Shown piece by piece: positions 56,371-64,000 of a stretch of 64,000 bases of DNA. A program made the translations under genes and the position numbers. The stretch is from positions 44,072-108,071 of the forward strand of contig NIVC01002505.1 of the NCBI GenBank assembly GCA_002269645.1. The letters run 5' to 3'. Within the stretch, counting starts at the first letter, position 1, and the number at the start of each line of letters is the position of its first letter. This stretch comes from Macrostomum lignano (Eukaryota). A model generated the notes under the pieces. The model searched no databases. It worked only from the letters and a program-made list of their open reading frames with translations, and was not told the DNA's origin.

Positions 56371-57537
56371 TATGATTGCCTAGTCGGTATTGCTGACAAG
56401 ATTAACAATGTCCAGTAACGGCAAAAATCTGTGGGTGAAAATTAGTTTAAAAATTCCATAGTTAGTCGTGGATACAAGGTTTATAAAGAAACTCACCAGC
56501 AGTTTTTATTAAATTGCTTTATTCTTTTGCTGTCATGTTCTTTCAAAGAGGCAACAGCCTATTAGTATAAAAAAAGATAAATAAATATTATTCGCTTTGT
56601 TTTAGTAAATAAATGACGGAAGTTTTTTAAAACCTATCCTTTATTGATTTTTAGCCTTTAATATTTTATCGTTCATAACAAGCAAGACAACATATACTGT
56701 AGGTTAGTATGAAAAATACCGCTTCAAGTGAGCTCAATGAAAACGCATCGAAACAGTTAATTGAAAGAGTTGAAAATTTTTTAGGTCATTTAAAAAATTA
56801 ATGGAATAATTTTTAGCCTGTGATTTATTAATAAAAGTCTTTCAATTAAAAGTCTATCATGAAAGAACCCACGTTGTTTTCTGCTTGATTTTGCAATTGC
56901 GCTATAACCATAAATAATAATTTCTAGCACTTTGATTTTATGTACTTGTACTTTCGCGCTTCTGTTGCATTACAAATATACATATGAAGCACGGTCTTGA
57001 GTGTTATGTACAGTGCAACTATATGTTATGTCACGTTCGTGGTCTATTTTGATAAAGCGCTAAGCCCCTTTCCGTAGTTTCAAAATTGGTTTGATTATTT
57101 AGGAAAATAAAGACAGTTACATGTACGAGTACATATAGAAGTGTTGCGCAGGTACGGAATTTTTTTACCACTCTTAAGTCTTTTAGTTAGAAAGAAGATT
57201 AAAGGATTCAAGTTCACTCGCCATCTACAAATACCGTACGCTCGTGCATAATATGTTGATACACATATACAGTACACATGCGTGAGAGATCCAGGTTTGA
57301 TTACACGAAAAGTAGACAAATTAAATTAATTAAAAGAACAGATTTTTTATTTAAATTATACCTTTCACATAGCCAGAAAAAATCGCAATCAAAGAAATGG
57401 CCAGCACATAGTGTACATATCTAATATGTATACAATTCAAGATTTAAACAATCGATATATTTATGACAGAAACATAAAGAACAAATTCTGGATACCAAAA
57501 AAGTTATTTCAATTTTTTCATCAGCTTGTGAGCAACT

Positions 57538-60500
57538 CTACTGGTGCTTTTGAGGACGACAATTAGCGATTTCGTCGCGCCGACGAACTATTCGATCAAT
57601 CAGGTTCGTTGTCGAAATGCTGTCGGTTCGTTTCGTTTCCAGGAACATTCCGGCCCGTTTGGCCCACTCGTAGGTCTCTTCAGGTGGCAGGCATGAGATG
57701 TACGGGATGGCGTCGTGAGCCACGAAGTCGATCTGAAAAATGTACGAGCGCATTTATCTATGATCTAGACCCTTGAAGGCGGCTGCGTGATATTCTCGCT
57801 CTGGAGAATTAGGGGGATTCTCTTCAGAGGACTAGGGGAATTCTATTAGTCGGATTAGGAGAATTCTTTTCAGGGATTAGAGAAATTCACCTCAGGGGAT
57901 TAGGGGGATTCTCTTCGCAGGATTAGGAGGCTAATTCTCTTAAAGTGGTTAGAGAAATTATCTTCAGGGTATTAGGGGAATTCTCTTCAGGAGATGAGGG
58001 GAATTCTCTTCGGGGATTAGGGGGATTAGAGGGGATTATTTTCAGATTATTAGGGGAATTCTATTCGGGGATTAAGGGATTCTCTTCGGGGATAAGAGAA
58101 TTTTTTGGGGGATTAAGGGGATTCTCCTAGGGAATTAGGGGGATTCTCTTCAGATGATTAGGGGATTCTTTTCAGGGATTAGGGGATTATCTTTAGGGGA
58201 TTAGGGGATTCTCTTCAGGGGAATTAGCTAGGCTATTTTCCTATTTAGTGGATAAGAATTGCATTATCATCAGGGTGCCTAGTGTCGATTATGAACAGGA
58301 AATAGGGTTAGATATTGTCACTGAATTAGAGGTCATTTCAATACACCTCTTAGCTAGTAATCTGTCAGCCTGTCTCACCTTATACCCGTTGCAAAACTCT
58401 GGAGTTGGCAGCATGGGCGGGTCGTCAAGCAGCTCATCGACGAAGGACAGCATGGCCACGGAGGCCAGCCGTTCTTGCCTTGTCATAATTGGGCTGACAC
58501 CCTTGCACTGCCGCACCTGGCTGTCGGTTGCTACTGAAAACAAATTTACATAGAACGGAGCCGTAAAACGAATATTTACAGATTTACTTTTATATTTCTA
58601 CTTGTAGTAGAGTAGTTAAGAGACTTTTATAAAGATGTTGAAAAAATGTTAAAATTTTCTAAGGTTTGAGCACAGATTTTGTACTCACCTCCGGCAATGA
58701 GATAGACATTGGGCAGCAGGTACTTGGCCTGCAGCAGCACTCTCATGTGACCGAAGTGAAACAAGTCGAAGCAGCCGTCGCAGTAAACACGGATTTTTCT
58801 GTCGGCTAAAAAATTGTAAACAGTCTTTGAAAAGTCAAATTTTTGTTTAAGATACACATCTATACGCTCCCCTGTCTCTTTGTTGGCGCCCCTGTCTATT
58901 TGTTGGCGTCCCTGTCTATTTGTTGGCGCCCCTGTCTATTTGTTGGCGTCCCTGTCTATTTGTTGGCGCCTCTGTCTATTTGTTGGCGCCCCTGTCTATT
59001 TGTTGGCGCTCCTGTCTCTTTGTTGGCGCCCCTGTCTCTTTTTTGGCGCTCCTGTCTCTTTGTTGGCGCCCCTGTCTATTTGTTGGCGTCCCTGTCTATT
59101 TGTTGGCGCCTCTGTCTATTTGTTGGCGCCCCTGTCTATTTGTTGGCGCTCCTGTCTCTTTGTTGGCGCCCCTGTCTCTTTGTTGGCGCTCCTGTCTCTT
59201 TGTTGGCGCTCCTGTCTCTTTGTTGGCGCCCCTGTCTCTTTGTTGGCGCCCCTGTCTCTTTGTTGGCGCCCCTGTCTATTTGTTGGCGTCCCTGTCTATT
59301 TGTTGGCGCCTCTGTCTATTTGTTGGCGCCCCTGTCTATTTGTTGGCGCTCCTGTCTCTTTGTTGGCGCTCCTGTCTCTTTGTTGGCGCCCCTGTCTCTT
59401 TGTTGGCGCCCCTGTCTCTTTGTTGGCGCCCCTGTCTCTTTGTTGGCGCCCCTGTCTCTTTGTTGGCGCCCCTGTCTCTTTGTTGGCGCCCCTGTCTCTT
59501 TGTTGGCGCTCCTGTCTCTTTTTTGGCGCTCCTGTCTCTTTGTTGGCGCTCCTGTCTCTTGGTTGGCGCCCCTGTCTCTTTGTTGGCGCTCCTGTCTCTT
59601 GGTTGGCGCCCCTGTCTATTTGTTGGCGCCCCTGTCTCTTTGTTGGCGATCCTGTCTCTTTGTTGGCGCTCCTGTCTCTTGGTTGGCGCCCCTGCCTCTT
59701 GGTGGGCGCCACTGTCTCTTGGTGGGCGCCACTGTCTCTTTGTTGGCGCCCCTGTCTCTTTTTTGGCGCCCCTGTCTCTTGGTGGGCGCCACTGTCTCTT
59801 GGTTGGCGCCCCTGTCTCTTGGTGGGCGCCACTGTCTCTTTGTTGGCGCCCCTGTCTCTTTTTTGGCGCCCCTGTCTCTTTGTTGGCGCCCCTGTCTCTT
59901 TTTTGGCGCCCCTGTCTCTTGGTGGGCGCCACTGTCTCTTGGTTGGCGCCCCTGTCTCTTGGTGGGCGCCACTGTCTCTTTGTTGGCGCCCCTGTCTCTT
60001 TGTTGGCGCCCCTGTCTCTTTGTTGGCGCCCCTGTCTCTTTGTTGGCGCCCCTGTCTCTTTTTTGGCGCCCCTGTCTCTTGGTGGGCGCCACTGTCTCTT
60101 GGTTGGCGCCCCTGTCTCTTGGTGGGCGCCACTGTCTCTTTGTTGGCGCCCCTGTCTCTTTGTTGGCGCCCCTGTCTCTTTGTTGGCGCCCCTGTCTCTT
60201 TTTTGGCGCCCCTGTCTCTTGGTGGGCGCCACTGTCTCTTGGTTGGCGCCCCTGTCTCTTGGTGGGCGCCACTGTCTCTTTGTTGGCGCCCCTGTCTCTT
60301 TGTTGGCGCCCCTGTCTCTTTGTTGGCGCTCCTGTCTCTTTGTTGGCGCTCCTGTCTCTTTGTTGGCGCTCCTGTCTCTTTGTTGGCGCTCCTGTCTCTT
60401 TGTTGGCGCTCCTGTCTCTTTGTTGGCGCCCCTGTCTCTTTGTTGGCGCTCCTGTCTCTTTGTTGGTGCCCCTGTCTCTTTTTTGGCGCCCCTGTCTCTT

Positions 60501-62222
60501 GGTGGGCGCCACTGTCTCTTGGTTGGCGCCCCTGTCTCTTGGTGGGCGCCACTGTCTCTTTGTTGGCGCCCCTGTCTCTTTGTTGGCGCCCCTGTCTCTT
60601 TGTTGGCGCTCCTGTCTCTTTGTTGGCGCTCCTGTCTCTTTGTTGGCGCTCCTGTCTCTTTGTTGGCGCTCCTGTCTCTTTGTTGGCGCTCCTGTCTCTT
60701 TGTTGGCGCTCCTGTCTCTTTGTTGGCGCTCCTGTCTCTTTGTTGGCGCTCCTGTCTCTTGGTTGGCGCCCCTGCCTCTTGGTGGGCGCCACTGTCTCTT
60801 GGTTGGCGCCCCTGTCTCTTTGTTGGCGCCCCTGTCTCTTTTTTGGCGCCCCTGTCTCTTGGTTGGCGCTCCTGTCTCTTTGTTGGTGCCCCTGTCTCTT
60901 TTTTGGCGCCCCTGTCTCTTGGTGGGCGCCACTGTCTCTTGGTTGGCGCCCCTGTCTCTTGGTGGGCGCCACTGTCTCTTTGTTGGCGCCCCTGTCTCTT
61001 TTTTGGCGCCCCTGTCTCTTGGTGGGCGCCACTGTCTCTTGGTTGGCGCCCCTGTCTCTTGGTGGGCGCCACTGTCTCTTTGGTGGGTGCCCTTATCCCT
61101 TGGTGTATCAAAGTGTTTAGCAACTTACTTCGACCAGATCTGGCCTCGTCAAGGCTAAATCGTTTTGCGTAGTTGCAATCAAGCAGTTCTTGTTGGCGCT
61201 CCTGTCTCTTTGTTGGCGCTCCTGTCTCTTTGTTGGCGCCCCTGTCTCTTTGTTGGCGCTCCTGTCTCTTTTTTGGCGCCCCTGTCTCTTTGTTGGCGCT
61301 CCTGTCTCTTTGTTGGCGCCCCTGTCTCTTTGTTGGCGCTCCTGTCTCTTTGTTGGCGCCCCTGTCTATTTGTTGGCGTCCCTGTCTATTTGTTGGCGCC
61401 TCTGTCTATTTGTTGGCGCCCCTGTCTATTTGTTGGCGCCCCTGTCTATTTGTTGGCGTCCCTGTCTATTTGTTGGCGCCTCTGTCTCTTGGTTGGCGCC
61501 CCTGTCTCTTGGTGGGCGCCACTGTCTCTTTGGTGGGTGCCCTTATCCCTTGGTGTATCAAAGTGTTTAGCAACTTACTTCGACCAGATCTGGCCTCGTC
61601 AAGGCTAAATCGTTTTGCGTAGTTGCAATCAAGCAGTTCTTGTTGGCGCTCCTGTCTCTTTGTTGGCGCCCCTGTCTCTTTGTTGGCGCTCCTGTCTCTT
61701 TCTTGTCGCCCCTGTCTCTTTGTTGGCGCTCCTGTCTCTTTGTTGGCGCCCCTGTCTCTTTGTTGGCGCTCCTGTCTCTTTGTTGGCGCCCCTGTCTATT
61801 TGTTGGCGTCCCTGTCTATTTGTTGGCGCCTCTGTCTATTTGTTGGCGCCCCTGTCTATTTGTTGGCGCTCCTGTCTCTTTGTTGGCGCCCCTGTCTCTT
61901 TGTTGGCGCTCCTGTCTCTTTGTTGGCGCTCCTGTCTCTTTTTTGGCGCCCCTGTCTCTTGGTGGGCGCCACTGTCTCTTGGTTGGCGCCCCTGTCTCTT
62001 GGTGGGCGCCACTGTCTCTTTGGTGGGTGCCCTTATCCCTTGGTGTATCAAAGTGTTTAGCAACTTACTTCGACCAGATCTGGCCTCGTCAAGGCTAAAT
62101 CGTTTTGCGTAGTTGCAATCAAGCAGTTCTTGTTGAGCCTTCGGATCAGATGACATGACGGGAAACGGCAGATCCTTATCGCCTTGATTGACAGATTGAA
62201 CAATTGCAACCGCGATTAGCAT
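57538..62222 (-). CDS. PCYT1: Choline-phosphate cytidylyltransferase (CCT/PCYT1)-like, catalytic domain only; exons 62222-62069, 58805-58689, 58533-58379, 57732-57538; about 206 aa
   Basis: [35 protein letters not shown] (HxGH), [46 protein letters not shown]; exon phases 1, 1, 0 are consistent. Start codon uncertain (62222 or 62156). Confidence 0.85.
57805..58225. repeat. Degenerate minisatellite, about 21-22-bp unit ggggattctcttcagggatta, last PCYT1 intron
   Basis: Direct reading. Confidence 0.85.
58865..62020. repeat. Large minisatellite, 20-bp unit tgttggcgcccctgtctctt, interrupted by duplicated exon-end blocks, PCYT1 intron
   Basis: About 3.1 kb, with variant subarrays (ctatt, gctcc, ggtgggcgcca) arranged in higher-order patterns. 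Confidence 0.97.
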
Positions 62223-62254
62223 GGAAATGGCTATGTCAACGAATGTGGCTTGGT

Positions 62255-63560
62255 TATGGGAGATTCTACTGTTGGATTATGGGAGATTCTAGAGGTGGAT
62301 TATGGGAGATTCTAGAGGTTTATTATGGAAAATTATAAGAAGGGGATTTTAGAAGATTCTAGAGGTGGATTATGGGAGATTCTGATAGGTGGATTATGGA
62401 AGATTCCAGAGGTGGATTATGAGGGTTTCTATAGGTGAATTATGGGAGATTTTGAGAGGTGGATTATGGAAGATTCCAGAGGTGGATTATGAGAGTTTCT
62501 AGAGGTGGATTATGAGAAATTCTAAAAGTGGATTATCGGAGATTCTAGAGGTGGATTATGGGATATTCTAGAGGTGGATTATGGGAGATTCTGATAGGTG
62601 GGTTATGGAAGATTCCAGAGGTGGATTATGGGAGATTCTACTGTTGGATTATGGGAGATTCTAGAGGTGGATTATGGGAGATTCTGATAGGTGGATTATG
62701 GAATATTCCAGAGGTGAATTATGAGAGTTTCTAGAGGTGAATTATGGGAGATTCCAGAGGTGAATTATGAGAGTTTCTAGTGGTGAATTATGGGAGATTC
62801 CAGAGGTGGATTATGAGAAACTCTAAAAGTGGATTATCGGAGATTCTAGAGGTGGATTATGGGATATTCTAGGGGTGGATTATGGGAGATTCTAGAGGTG
62901 GATTGTGGGATATTGAAGGGGTGGATTATGGGAGATTCTAGAGGTGGATTATGGGAGATTCTAGGGGTGGATTATGGGAGATTCTAGAGGTGGATTATGG
63001 GAGATTCTAGAGGTGGATTGTGGGATATTGTAGGGGTGGATTATGGGAGCTTCTAGAGGTGGATTATGGGATATTCTAGGAGTGAATTATGGGATATTCT
63101 AGGGGTGGATTATGGGAGATTCTAGAGGTGGATTATGGGAGATTCTAGAGGTGGATTATGGGATATTCTAGGAGTGAATTATGGGAGATTCTAGAGGCGG
63201 ATTATGAGATATTCTAGGGTTGGATTATGGGAGATTCTAGAGGTGGATTATGAGAAATTCTAAAAGTGGATTATCGGAGATTCTAGAGGTGGATTATGGG
63301 ATATTCTAGGGGTGGATTGTGGGATATTGTAGGGGTGGATTATGGGAGATTCTAGAGGTGGATTATCGGAGATTCTAGAGATGGATTATGGGATATTCTA
63401 GGAGTGAATTATGGGAGATTCTAGAGGCGGATTATAGGATATTCTAGGGTTGGATTATGTGAGATTCTAGAGGTGGATTATTGGAGATTCTAGAGGTGGA
63501 TTATGGGATATTGTAGGGGTGGATTATGGGATATTCTAGGGTTGGATTATCGGAGATCCT
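62255..63560. repeat. Minisatellite, 23-bp unit gaggtggattatgggagattcta
   Basis: Direct reading; a minus-strand donor (GTAAGT at 63698) suggests this is a 5' intron of the PCYT1-like gene. Confidence 0.95.
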
Positions 63561-64000
63561 ATAAAGCAGTTTTATGGGGGGGGGATCGCTTCTTACTGTG
63601 TGTCGGCAAATTTAAGACTAATTCACTAATTAAATCGAATTACGGGCTGAATGGTATGCTGAGTAGAAAGGCATAAATAACCATAATCAATTACTTACTT
63701 TTGTTCTGCAGCCACGATGATGATGTCAGGTCCATTATGAGATGTTATCTACAATAGTAAAAGCACAAAATGGAGCAGAGTTCAAATAATAAGATAAGTA
63801 AATCATTTGAAGACAGGAAAAGTACAAAGTTTGATATTTTGAAATAAACTAGACTTATAATTCAGGGAGAAAGACAATGGAAAAAAAAGTTCTGAGGTTT
63901 CTGACGAAAGTTAATAGAAGAGAATCTGCAGACATCAAATGAATCAAATGCCAATGGTAAGATACTCAGTAGCGAATGCAAATGGAGGGTGGGGGAAGGG

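Noticed and set aside
57805-58225. Interstitial telomeric repeat
   Set aside because: ttaggg occurs only once per longer unit, never in tandem.
58843-62112. 440-770 aa ORFs on both strands
   Set aside because: Translations of the 20-bp array.

Overview
Eukaryotic (metazoan) genomic DNA with spliceosomal introns; no prokaryotic features. The Ala/Gln-rich GC-rich exons and minisatellite-filled introns resemble the flatworm Macrostomum (inference only). Six protein-coding genes could be assembled by hand from GT-AG sites and phase checks: a divergent secreted discoidin/F5-8-like gene (-, runs off the left edge), RERE/atrophin-like (+, one apparent frameshift), ATF6 (+), PKA catalytic subunit (-, two candidate alternative first coding exons), EFHC2 (-) and a short choline-phosphate cytidylyltransferase-like gene (-). 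Mobile elements: a MULE-type MITE, two hAT-type MITEs, a pair of oppositely oriented foldback elements, a deleted Tc1/IS630-like element, a Penelope-like retroelement end with an inverted hammerhead-like pLTR, and a tRNA-derived SINE. The dominant unexplained pattern is that most larger introns carry their own unrelated minisatellite, several of which amplify transcription-factor-like motifs (AP-1, CCAAT, E2F-like). Other notable points are kilobase CpG deserts next to CpG-rich DNA, a triplicated exon end with its splice donor, a perfect 31-bp hairpin inside an unidentified coding-like island, and a motif-plus-variable-spacer array near 28.2 kb.
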